From assembly GCF_001194135.2 (NCBI RefSeq), contig NC_068985.1, forward strand, positions 650,916 to 705,996: 55,081 nt of DNA, given 5' to 3'. Made by a program: the position numbers and the translations under genes. This document shows positions 37,576 to 49,445 of the stretch, one piece after another (within the stretch, counting starts at the first letter, position 1; each line of letters begins with the position of its first letter). Below the pieces are notes generated by a model, which saw only the letters and a list, made by a program, of their open reading frames with translations, was not told the origin of the DNA and made no database searches. Origin of the DNA: Octopus bimaculoides. Taxonomy: Eukaryota.

Positions 37576-39163
37576 AAATGTAAATCCATTACAGTTTTGT
37601 CTAATTCATATTTGACAACCATGCTGGAGCAATTCTACATTTTGTGCGTTTGGTTTCGGCCATCCCAGTGATTGTCATGCTAGAAACAGTGTTTTATGGT
37701 TTTTCTTTTCTTTCCTTTTTTTTTGTATTTTTACTGTATATCTTTTGGAATGAATTGTTTCCTTTATTACTTGTTGGATGAATGAGTTAAAGGAGGCAGT
37801 TCCATCATGTCTTTTACATGATTGGTCTTGGAACAAAGGAAAGAAGTCCATCTCGGAGTAACTTTCATTAAAATTATTAGACTTTTTAAAAAAAAACTAT
37901 TCCATAATTGTATCCCTTTTAAAGGTTAAAATAATTGTAGTCTTGAAGCAAGAACATGAAGAAGGAATGCCAGGATTTTGATCTTATCCCACCATTTGTC
38001 TGATTCTTTCCTTTGTGACATGCAACTTGTGTTAATGAGGTCCTTCCTTATTTACATGCAGAAGCCTTATAAACCGTTGATTATTTATAGAATGTAATGT
38101 TGTCTTAAACATTGGCTGATTAAGATGAATTACATCATTCCTCACTCAGTATATAACATGGATGTATAACATATTATGTTGTGTGGAATTAGATATTAAC
38201 CACTTACATCAAGAAACTGATTTCATTTATCACAACACACTATATTCCTGAACAAAAGGTTTTATTAGTTATTTGATCATTTAAGGACATCTAACGAGTT
38301 AATCAATGGTTCACAGCATTTTTAGGCAGCAAACAAAAGGTTTTGTGTATTCTGCTATGAAACATTTTTAATAAAGCATTGAAGAGGATTCCAAGAAGTG
38401 CTTCCTGAAGTTTGCTTCATACACTGATGGATGAACACAGAAGCACTCATCTTGTGTGTGACTCTCGAAATCAGATATCAAGAAGACGTGTCCAGGGGTG
38501 GCATTACTGATTTCAGCACAACCTGTGGTAATACAAATCCGAGTTGCAATATGCTGTAGTTTGTGTATATTTCAAAGAGTTCTGGGGTTGAAAAAAACTG
38601 CCCCTTACAGGATGACGTGAGATGTTTAAAATGGGATTTAAAATCATTTTTAAAAACTGTGATAATTCTGAGATGTTTTATTTGAATGAAACTGAGGTGG
38701 ATCAAGGATGCTATGTGAACTACTAACCCAGAATGGATTAAGATAATCCATGATGTTTAAATGCTTGTTTTTTTTTTTTTTCCTTTGCAATTAGTTTCTT
38801 TGTTATTTTGTTTAATATTCCAATCTTTCAAGCAGTTCTGAAAAGTAATGTGGAGATGAGTTCTGCTTAACCCAGCTCTTTTGTCCATGGTAACACTCAT
38901 AATGGTTAATCTGTTTATACGTATATATGAGAGAGGGAGAGAAAGTGTATACACTTTCTCTCTCTCTCTCACAAACACACACATACACAGAACTTACAAT
39001 TCACAAAAAGAGAAATGCATTTTTTTATTGATAGATTTATTGTCATCTTCCCGTCATCTAGTTTCATCCCAACAAGAATGTTTACAAACTGCAGCAAAGT
39101 CAGTTTCATTTGGTAAATTCGTTTCTGTCTTTTTTTTATTTGCTGCAGTTGATCATGGCTTAC

Positions 39164-39272
39164 CGATTCAATTCTGTTGCTGATTGACAAAGGTACTTTC
39201 GCCCAAACATTTCTTCTTTCTGCTCCTTATATTCTTTATTACGATGATAACGAATTCAAACAGACTTGAGAT
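39164..39272 (-). other. candidate first or early exon with ATG at 39210 (MFGRKYLCQSATELN-R)
   Basis: Donor TCG|gtaagc, moderate acceptor at 39273, gaagaaATG context, CpG-rich for this window. Confidence 0.4.
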
Positions 39273-39346
39273 CTGATTGTTTCAGAACAATGAGAAGACA
39301 TGAAGTCGCTTTGATGCAGTTGTATTTCATAAAGTATTAGCGATAT

Positions 39347-40965
39347 AGGCACAGGAGTGGCTGTGTGGTAAATAGCTTGCTTACCAACCACATAGTACTG
39401 GGTTCAGTCCCACTGTGTGGCATCTGAGGCAAGTGTCTTTTACTATAGCCTCGGTCCGACCAAAGCCTTGAGTGGATTTGGTAGACGGAAACTGAAAGAA
39501 GCTCGTCATATATATATATATATATATATACTAGCAGAAATACCCGGCTTTACCCGGGTTAAAGAAAATAATGAAATCTAAAAACGCCGTCTAGACTACA
39601 CAACCCTCAACTGTTAGTAGCTACGATACCATATTTCTACATTAATAACTCTCCAATCCATGCCAGCATGGAACATAGACATTAAGTGGAATGCCAGTTT
39701 CTCATCTAGGAGGGCCTTGAAATCAATGTTACCAACTGGGGACTATGTGTGTCGTAGTGATAATAAAAAGACCCAAGGAGGTCTGCAACGAAATAATTTT
39801 ACTCAACNNNNNNNNNNNNNNNNNNNNNNNNNNNNNNNNNNNNNNNNNNNNNNNNNNNNNNNNNNNNNNNNNNNNNNNNNNNNNNNNNNNNNNNNNNNNN
39901 NNNNNNNNNNNNNNNNNNNNNNNNNNNNNNNNNNNNNNNNNNNNNNNNNNNNNNNNNNNNNNNNNNNNNNNNNNNNNNNNNNNNNNNNNNNNNNNNNNNN
40001 NNNNNNNNNNNNNNNNNNNNNNNNNNNNNNNNNNNNNNNNNNNNNNNNNNNNNNNNNNNNNNNNNNNNNNNNNNNNNNNNNNNNNNNNNNNNNNNNNNNN
40101 NNNNNNNNNNNNNNNNNNNNNNNNNNNNNNNNNNNNNNNNNNNNNNNNNNNNNNNNNNNNNNNNNNNNNNNNNNNNNNNNNNNNNNNNNNNNNNNNNNNN
40201 NNNNNNNNNNNNNNNNNNNNNNNNNNNNNNNNNNNNNNNNNNNNNNNNNNNNNNNNNNNNNNNNNNNNNNNNNNNNNNNNNNNNNNNNNNNNNNNNNNNN
40301 NNNNNNNNNNNNNNNNNNNNNNNNNNNNNNNNNNNNNNNNNNNNNNNNNNNNNNNNNNNNNNNNNNNNNNNNNNNNNNNNNNNNNNNNNNNNNNNNNNNN
40401 NNNNNNNNNNNNNNNNNNNNNNNNNNNNNNNNNNNNNNNNNNNNNNNNNNNNNNNNNNNNNNNNNNNNNNNNNNNNNNNNNNNNNNNNNNNNNNNNNNNN
40501 NNNNNNNNNNNNNNNNNNNNNNNNNNNNNNNNNNNNNNNNNNNNNNNNNNNNNNNNNNNNNNNNNNNNNNNNNNNNNNNNNNNNNNNNNNNNNNNNNNNN
40601 NNNNNNNNNNNNNNNNNNNNNNNNNNNNNNNNNNNNNNNNNNNNNNNNNNNNNNNNNNNNNNNNNNNNNNNNNNNNNNNNNNNNNNNNNNNNNNNNNNNN
40701 NNNNNNNNNNNNNNNNNNNNNNNNNNNNNNNNNNNNNNNNNNNNNNNNNNNNNNNNNGTGTATCTGTGTTTGTCTCCCACCATCACTTGACAATCAGTGT
40801 TAGTGTGTTTACATCCCTGTAACTTAGTGGTTTGGCAAAAGAAACCGATAGAATAAGTACTAGGCTAGGCTTGCAAAGAATAAGTCCTGGGGTCGATTTG
40901 TTCGACTAAAGGCAGTGCTCCAGCATGGCCACAGTCAAATGACTGAAACAAACAAAAGATAAGAA
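39347..40965 (+). mobile_element. SINE split by nested insertions and a 950-nt N gap
   Basis: Head and body at 39347-39507, tail at 40758-40965. Confidence 0.75.
39531..39650 (+). mobile_element. probable Helitron/Helentron-type terminus inserted in (TA)n
   Basis: (TA)n then CTAGCAGAAATACCCGGCTTTACCCGGGTT, a CTAG start plus ACCCGG/CCGGGT hairpin, resembling invertebrate Helitron-like termini. Confidence 0.45.
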
Positions 40966-41344
40966 ATTTTCCCTTGTTATTCAAGAAGGGCTGTGATCTT
41001 TGTTGTTGTTGTTGTTACTGATTCTTAATTTGAAAGACCCCTTTAATATCATATCAATATAATTCTTTGAGGGGTTGAGGGATTATTGACCGTTGAAACA
41101 TTATAAACAAAATTTGTAATATATCTGGTGGAATGAAGCTTTAGTTAGGTTTTAACCTGTTACTGTAAATGGTTGATGATCGTCTGAAATGAGGTCAGTT
41201 TGGTCAGTGACACCATCATTGCATTAATAAGATTTTTCAGTTTTCCAAAATAGCAGAATATCTCTTCTGCTTCTGCATTTTGTGCTGAAACTCCACTCTG
41301 TGTTTCTCTTGTTACACTAAAAAGAAAATATGGCAACCAAACAG

Positions 41345-41563
41345 GCAACATTGCTTTTATTATATTCTTTCTTTGACTTATTTCAACCATTAAACTGTGG
41401 CCATGCTGGGGCAAGGCATTGAAGAATTTTTAACCAAATCAATCAACCCAAAACCTATTCTTTCTTTTAAGCCTGGTATTTGTTTTATTGGTCTCTTCTG
41501 CTGAGCTGTTAAATAAAGGGGATGTAAACACACCAACACTGGTTATCAAATTGTGGTGGGGGA

Positions 41564-41610
<47 letters not shown>
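41345..41610 (-). mobile_element. SINE 3' half
   Basis: ACTGTGGCCATGCTGGGGCA...GGGGATGTAAACACACCAACACTGGTT, then (CA)n. Confidence 0.75.
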
Positions 41611-41614
<4 letters not shown>

Positions 41615-41689
41615 CTCTGAGTCCACAAAACAAAGGGCTCTCGGCTGAAAGAGAGATGTAGAGGACATACTTGCATGTATGGACAGCCA

Positions 41690-42985
41690 CAGTTTTACTT
41701 AGCTTGAGACATGTCTTTTCAAGCACAACAAACTACCAGAAGTCTCAGGCCATTGTCATCTCTTCAGTGAGGTCCAACACCTGAAGATCCTTTCTCACCA
41801 CTTCATTCCATGTCTTCCTGGCTCTACTCATTCCACATGTTCCCTCCACAATTAGCGATTGACATTTCTCTATGCAGCTGTCTTCATCCATATGCATCAC
41901 ATTACCATACATGCTCACTCTTTGCGTTTGCACACTACATGAGATGCCTCTTATTCCCAATTTTTCTCTTAAAACACTTGTGCTCTGTCGTACATGCATG
42001 CTTATTTCTTTCAAGCCTTTCCATGTTCTCTGTAATCAGAGCCCATGTCTCACTGCCATGTAGCATAGCTGTACATACACAGGCATCAACCAATCTGCCT
42101 TTCACTCTGAGGGAGGGGTCCTTTGTTACTAACAAAGGTAGAAATTCTTTTCCCAGCTTGTTCGTATTATTGAAGCTACACTTCCAGAACTACCTCTTCC
42201 ACTGCTAAGTTGGTCACCTATGTTACAGAAGCTATCTACAACTTCTAATGACATCCCCAGACATTTGAGGAAGTCTATTCTCTATACATTCTTCGTGTTT
42301 ATTGTACCTCCACATCTGCCATACACAAAGACTACTTTCTCTGTTAACTTTCCTCTGAGACTGCCGCACCTCTTATGTGTCTTTAGCTTGCACTGAGTAC
42401 AGCATATGCAGTTTCTACCAACACCTTGCCTACATATCAGGCAGGGCCATCTCCCTGAAAGGTTTTGTGATTTCTAGGACTTTGGTTTTTGCTAAATTAA
42501 CTATAAGGCCCTGAGATTCCAGACCGTGCTTCCACACTTGAAATTTCTTCTTTTGTTTCTGTAGTGATTCAGCTATAAGAACAAGGTTGTCAGTATTTGA
42601 TCAGTATAGAAAAACTCCCAAAGACAACCAGTTTGAAATTCTTGTTATGGCCCAGAGGACTATGATAAACAAGGGGGGGGGGTGAGAATGGATCCCTGGT
42701 GAACTTCTACCTGTAAACTAGATTCATTGATGCTCATTGCTGACATTCACCTTACTGGCAGCATCCCTCTACATGACTTGTAAACCTCTCAACAACCACT
42801 CATCTATCCCAAGCTTCTGCATTGACCTCCAGATAAGAGAGCAGGGGTCTCCAAGTCAACAAGAGTTAAGTACAGAGGTTTATTCTTAGCTAAATGTCTT
42901 TCCTACAGTTGCCTTACCAGGAAGATAACATCAGTGGTGCTTCTCCTTGACACAGACTGAACTGCATCTCATCCAAGCTAACCTT
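41690..42985 (-). mobile_element. decayed RTE LINE (RT domain to C-terminus)
   Basis: KGRLVDACVCTAMLHGSETW..., LREKLGIRGISCSVQ...RARKTWNEVVRKDL; upstream RT remnants. Confidence 0.8.
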
Positions 42986-43229
42986 GTCTCTAAATGTCAG
43001 TGTGCATTTATGTGTGTAAGTGTGTATATGTGTGTGTGTTTGTATGAGTATGTGAGTGTATGTGTGTAAAAAACACTCATGGATTGGCTGAAATACTGTT
43101 GATTCAAGACAGACAAACAGAGACAAATGCACCCCCCCCCCTCGCACACACAAACTTGCACAGTGAAAGAGAAATATAATATTTGATACATTCATTTCAG
43201 CTGAAAATTAAAGCCTGATGAGGTTCTCT

Positions 43230-43990
43230 GATACATTAGATTTTGTTCAACTGTCCAACTGTCCAAATAAATGTATACTAAAAAACCAAAGACAACAAGA
43301 TAGAACAACAATAACCTACTTTATATTTACCATAAGGGCATCTGATGAGGAGGACATTACAAAGACAGGTTATAGTCTGCGTGGAAATTTACATAGAATT
43401 GACAAGAAGAAAACAGATACAAGCAAAGATGGAGAACTGAAATGGAAAGTATTTATTGCATACAAAATCTGTGAATACTTGTATGATGTGTCTTTCTTGA
43501 TACAGGAGAGCCTTCACCAAGGATCTCATTGACCACTAAGGGCTTCAGCCCTCAGCCAGATGTTTTCACCAATCTACTGGTGCATGACTGAAGTAGTTCC
43601 ATTTATACTATTTATGTCAGTCACCCATTCTTTGGAACTTCTACCAACTGGTTGACCTGACTGATAGAAAGTCATGAGTACCAAATGAAATTCTTGATGC
43701 CAGGCACCCAATTTTAGTCATCTTATGATCAAAGATTGCAGCTCAGACAAAGAAAACTACAGAAAAATGTCCCTTACAATTAGAGACCAATCTTGCTGTC
43801 TGTCTGAAAAACTCTGCTGACAGCCACAGCCTCCGCCTCAGCAGCAATGGCATGCTGCGTCTGCCTTCCAGAGTAGACTGGCGACAGATTAACCGTTTGA
43901 CCAGTGAAACATGTCTTTCCCACTGGAAGCAGAAGAGCAGACATTCCCAATGGTCAAATGTAGATTGAGGCAAAGCATGAGGATTAGGAA
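43230..43990 (+). mobile_element. heavily decayed RTE (BovB-like) 3' region
   Basis: Loose similarity to the RTE C-terminus (GRP.LRYKD region and terminal Cys-containing tail). Many stops. Confidence 0.4.
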
Positions 43991-44469
43991 TTAACAATAA
44001 ATTCTAGAATACCTAAATATCAATGTGACATGACTAAAATATTTGAAATTCTCCCCTTCAATTATATTCATACACCTCTCCTCTTACCAATTTTATATAC
44101 ACAAGTGCTTACAAATCAATATTCAATATCATTTTATGCTTGCAACCTCCTGTCTTTATTTCTATCTTTACATTACTTGTATACTTTTATATAATGCATA
44201 CACCAAACTTTTTTTCATCTTTATATCACATATATGCCACAATAATACTTTTTAACCTTTATTGAATGTATACAGCAAATTATTTTTTAACAGATTGCTT
44301 TTGTGATACATTTAATGTTGAATGTTCAGTGGAGGCGGCTGAGGTGGTTGAAAGCATTTAATAATCCCGTTTGCTTTGATTTGCTCTAAGTCAGAGTTGA
44401 AGACTCAACGTGCAACTCAACAACATAAGCAAAGGGAAAAGAAAGCTGACAACGAGGACGATGATGACG

Positions 44470-44660
44470 ATGATGATGATTCTTCTATGTTTGGCACAAG
44501 GCCAGCAATTTTAAGAGGAGGGAACAAGTTAATTACATAGACTCTAGTACTTGACTGGTACTTTGTTTCATTGACCCGAGACTTTAAAGGATTTGAGCTC
44601 AAAATGTAAAGAGCTGGAAGAAATTCCACCAATGATCCTGTCACTCCACTACCTTAACAG
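44470..44660 (-). mobile_element. SINE related to 6830-7045
   Basis: GGCACAAGGCCAGCAATTTT...AGTACTTGACTGGTACTTTGTTTCATTGACCC...GATTTGAGCTCAAAATGTAAAG. Confidence 0.65.
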
Positions 44661-44979
44661 TAGAAGTGGTAGTGGTAGTAGAAGTATTATCATTGTTGCA
44701 AAATCCCGTGGGATGCAATGATCTAGTGGGATCACCTAACCAGACATCAAAAACCTTCTCATCGTATATTGATAATAGTTGCAATAAAATTAATAGATCC
44801 AAGAATTGATGAAATACCTGCTAAATGAAATGAAAAAATTGCTAAATCAACAGAAGGACCTATATGAGCTAAATTTCTTGAAAGAGGAGTCTAAACAGTT
44901 CATCCAGTTCCTACATCTCTTTCTACTGCAGATGATGACAATAGCAGAGATAGAGTTGGAGGTAAAAGTCAAAATCTTA

Positions 44980-45420
44980 TAAACACATTGTTGTGGTGAA
45001 GAAAAAAGAAAGAACATGAATGATAATCGACATAGCATGCCCCAGTGACAGCAGGGTTAATGAGTAAGAAGAAGGAAAAATAAAGAACTATAACGAATTG
45101 AAGTGGGAAATACGAAGGTTGTGGTCAATGAGGAGAGTAGACGTGATACCAATAGGAATTGGTGCACTTGGAAGTATCAGCACTCGACTATCAACATGGC
45201 TCAAAAAGATCGGTGCAAGAGTGAAGGTAGAAAACCTACAAAAATCAGCATTGCTTGGAACGGCAAAAATTCTTCAGAGGGTTCTTGAAGCATGACCAGT
45301 AAACAAGTGTCACCTTAGTCTGCTGGCTGTGGACAGCTGACACTTTCCATCATATCCAGCAAAATAAGCTGGGAATTTTCATATAATGATAGTAATAATA
45401 ATAATAACAATAATAATAAC

Positions 45421-45503
<83 letters not shown>
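44980..45503 (+). mobile_element. 5'-truncated R4-clade (Dong-like) non-LTR element: RLE domain, 3' UTR, (TAA)n
   Basis: IVVVKKKERT*MIIDIACPSDSRV...NYNELKWEIRRLW...VIPIGIGALG...LQKSALLGTAKILQRVLEA*, then about 110 bp of (TAA)n. Confidence 0.8.
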
Positions 45504-45506
<3 letters not shown>

Positions 45507-46030
45507 TGATGCCACATGCCCTGATGCAGTACCAGGCGGTGGCTCTGATAGTATCTGATCTTAACTGATTGGAAGTGTTATCATGTACATTGTTCTGTCT
45601 TGGTATAAAAAGATGGGCTACAGCAAATATTCTGTTCAATACCACAGATTTGCTTGTCAGTTGTTTGACCTTAACCAGTTGAGAATGTCCCTTGGTGGCT
45701 GACAATACGTGCATCTCTGATCATGAACAGAAGTAGTGGGGGAGCATCATAGTCATGTGTTGAGAGGAATTCTTTCGGGTTTGAATAATTCACATCTGGA
45801 AACATGGGTGTTTCATTCAACATCCTTAAGCAAACCTTATTCAGGGACCTTTTGAGTGGGATGGGCTACTCGACCTGAAGAAAATTCTAATTGGGCCCCA
45901 CCTGCGAGGTCATCTGCTGTTTATCTTGATATAAGATCACCATGTCATGCACATATGGTTGTGATGTATGTGCCTGGTGTACCCTTATCAGACGGGTAGT
46001 CAGGATGGGTATACTTGGCTTTGTATATTT
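45504..46030 (+). mobile_element. non-coding interspersed repeat adjoining the (TAA)n tract
   Basis: GC-richer, stop-rich block starting GCCCTGATGCAGTACCAGGC. I recall it as an abundant octopus repeat flanked by TAA runs; not verified. Confidence 0.45.
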
Positions 46031-47149
46031 TACCCCAGTGTCACTTTGTTGTTTATTTCTGTTAAGCAAATGTCATACTTGTATTTTTACACCTTGTATG
46101 TTTGATGTTATTGCAACAGCCTTCTGTGTGTTTTGCTAATATTTTGGAAGTATCAATGCATTGTGTTGAAGAGTGCCCCTAGTTTTTATGAAGTTGACTA
46201 TTTCTGGTAACTGAGATCGGTTTTTATGTTGCTTCTTGGGTTGTTGGATGAATCTATAATTATCCTTTAAAACGTGTATATGACAATGTTGAAAGTTGTT
46301 CGATTGAGTCGTTTTCAAATTTATAAAAATTACCTTTGCTTGTTTTCCATTTATATGCATTGAGTGCTCAGCGATGATACTTGGTGGACAGTTCAGGCAT
46401 TGTTTGATGGTTGGTTGTAGTAGCTGAGCCTATTGAGTGACCAAAATGTAGTGGGGTGGGGTGCAGTTGTTATGGTTGGCTTCCTGAGGTGTGTGTGCGT
46501 GTGTATTGGTGCTGATTGTTTAGGATATAAAAGGAATATAGTTGTGAAGCATTTATTTTGCCTCTTGCATCACTGCATGAGTTGAAAACCAGAACATATC
46601 GAGTGCATTGATGTTTCCTCAAAGACAGTGTCTGGCAGATGTTAAAGTGCTGCAGTTGGGCCGTGTAACCTGGTGAGATGTTTTGCAATGTTAAAAGTAG
46701 CATGTGTTTATTCTTTATATTAAGATGCTTTGCATTGTTGGTTTTTCAAAAAATATTTTCGAAAGCTTTCATTTCTTGTATGATGTCATCTATCAATTTA
46801 TGAATGTCATTTCTGATAACATATGTAAAAGAGACATGATTTTACATATGTTATCAAAGCCTTGTGTGATAAGCAATTCCTAACCTGATCTGGGTATAAT
46901 TATGAAACATGCAGTGTTCAGTGTTGAGGTAGCGAAAATGCTTCCTGAATTATTATTTCTGGATGAATGTCATGTTTGATGATAAAATATTTTAGTTACA
47001 TAAAAATAATATTCTTTTGTAGTATTTAAATTTTTTTAGAGATGTTTGCAAAGTAATATTATTTATGTATAAAAGATTTTTTAAATGCTATGTGAATCTG
47101 ACATTCCAAAAGGTGATAATAATAGTACTTTCAGTTTTACCATTTTGCT

Positions 47150-47400
47150 TTCATTGCTAATGTTATTCTTTCTGTTGAGTATTTTTGTGAAGTTTTGTAT
47201 TTTATATTCGGGAAAACATCTTTTTGGAGGTTTTAGCATTTGTTTCATGCAGAGCCACAGCTTGCATTGTTTTCTGCTTGGCATTTGTATGTTTTGGAAA
47301 TAATAATTCTGTATGATGACCCTACACTGTTCACCCAACACCTTTTCCTCCTTTTTGGTATATTTATTAAGGATTACTTAATCTGGAATGTTTATCTAAT
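47150..47400 (-). mobile_element. possible piggyBac C-terminal cysteine-rich relic
   Basis: QCRV...QCKLWLCMK...RCFPEY resembles the C..C...LC...CF..YH domain of piggyBac. Confidence 0.3.
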
Positions 47401-47539
47401 TCTAAGAGATATTAGCACACAATTTGAAGGAGATTTGTTTGTCAGTAATAGCAGGTCAAACAGCCCACATAGAGGGCTGTTGTGGAAGAAGATCAGTACA
47501 AGTTCAGTAAAAGGAGAAGGAGGAAGAGAAGGAAATAGA

Positions 47540-49445
47540 GAAGAACATCATCATCACTATTTAACATCTGATTTTCCATGCTGGCATGGGTTGGATGGTT
47601 TGACAGGAGTTGGCCAGCTGATGAGCTGCCCATGCTCCAGTTGTCTATTTTGACAAGGTTTCTGTGGCTGGATGCCCTTCCTAATGCCAACCACTTCATA
47701 GAGTGTACGGGGTGCTTTTTACATGGAACCAGCATGGGTACTTTATACATAGCACTACCATAAGTGCTTTTTATGTGGCACCAGCAAGGGTGCTTTTCAT
47801 GTGGCCCCAAAATGGGTACTTTTACATGACACTGAAATGGGTGCTTTTTATGCGACACTAGAATCCTGTAAGCCCACAAGACAAAGAGCTCTCAGCTGGG
47901 AGAAGGAGTGGGGAGTGTGGCCATAAAGGACATACCTGTATGTATGGATTGCCATTATTTTACTTGGCTTGATGTGTCTTCAGGTGCACAACAAATTACC
48001 TGAAGTCTCAGTCCCTTGTCATCACCTCAGTGAGGTCCAATGTCTGAAAGTCCTTTTTCACCATTTCTCCCACATCTTCCTGGGTCTACATCTTCCACAG
48101 CTACCCTCCACAATTAGAGATTGGCACTTTTTTATGCAGCTGACCTCATCGATACATAACTATATCACATCACATGATTCTACCAGCTCAGTCTTCTCTC
48201 TTGCATATTACATCTCATGTCTCTTACACCCAGTTTGTTTCTTAAATCCTTTACATTCTGTCATACATGCATGCTGACATTACTCACCCAGTGGAGTATG
48301 CTGGCTTCATTTATTTCAAAGCCTTCATATGTCTTCTGTTGTCACAGTCCATGTTTCACGGCCATAGGCCCTTTGTTACTAACAGAGGTAGTAACTCTCT
48401 GAACTTTGCCCAGCCCATTCTTATCCTAGCAGCTTCACTTTCAGAACTTCCTCTTCCACTGCTAACTTGGTCTTCAAGGTAACACAAGCTGTCTACTACT
48501 TCTAAAAATCCCCTCAAGCATTTCAAAAAAACCTATTTCTGTGCATTTTTAGTGTTTATTGTACATCTGCCACACACAAAAATTACTTTTTCTATTAACC
48601 TTCTTGTGATATTGCTGCACCTCTTATGTGTCCAAAACTTGCACTGGAGTTTCTACCAACACCTTGCTTACATACCAAGCAAGGCTATCTCCCTGAAAGG
48701 ATTTGTGATTTGTCTTTTTTCCTACTTACTAGAACTTTGGTTTTTGCTAAATTAACTCTAAGGCTTTTAAACTCTAGACCTTGCTTCCACTCCTGAAATT
48801 TCTTCTCTTGTTCTTGTAGTGATTCAGCTATAAGAACAAGGTAATTAGCGTAGAGGAACTCCCAAGGACAGCCAGTCACGAATTCCTTTGCTATGGCCCA
48901 GAGAACTATGATAAACAAGAGAGGACTGAGAACTGATCCTTGGTGAACTCCTACTTGTACACTAAATTCATTTCTATACTCATTGCTGACTTTCACCTTA
49001 CAAACAGCACCCATGTACATGGCTGGTACCACTTTCACCAGCCACTCATCTATCCCCAGCTTCCACATCAACCCCCAGGTGTGGGAGCAGGGAACTCTGT
49101 TAAAGGCTTTCTTTAAATGAGCAAAAGCCAAGTAAAAAGGTTTATTCTTGGTTAAAAACTAAGGGGTGCTGAAAAGTTCCTGATTTAAGTAACAGAAAAT
49201 ACATATTTGATATATTCCCCTCTCAGATTTACATACTTATTGCAGTGGTCCTTCAGTTTTTCTAAGCCCTGTAAAAGAACTCAGAGGGTTGGGCCTCCAA
49301 CCAGGCCTTTCACAATATTCTTAAAGCCAGGAAGTTTTCAGCACAGTCTCATATTTCTCCTGCAGTTGCCTTACCAGGAACATAGCATCAGTAGTACTTC
49401 TCCCTGTCAGAAAGCCAGGCTGCATTTCATCCAAGTTCACTCATT
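47540..49445 (-). mobile_element. decayed RTE LINE (RT, C-terminus, 3' UTR) with nested MITE
   Basis: ORF 48685-49131 AHLKKAFNRVP...VGVHQGSVLSPLLFIIVL...LYANYLVLIAES; family UTR with (GAT)n at about 47545. Confidence 0.85.
49162..49351. mobile_element. Tc1/mariner-derived MITE
   Basis: Left TIR GGGGTGCTGAAAAGTTCCTG, right TIR CAGGAAGTTTTCAGCAC, TA on both sides (49160-49161, 49352-49353). Confidence 0.8.

Noticed and set aside
39660-40803. Longest ORFs in the track (327-376 aa)
   Set aside because: Almost entirely X residues from the 950-nt N gap; the same applies to ORFs over the gaps at 4949-5163 and 30987-31135.
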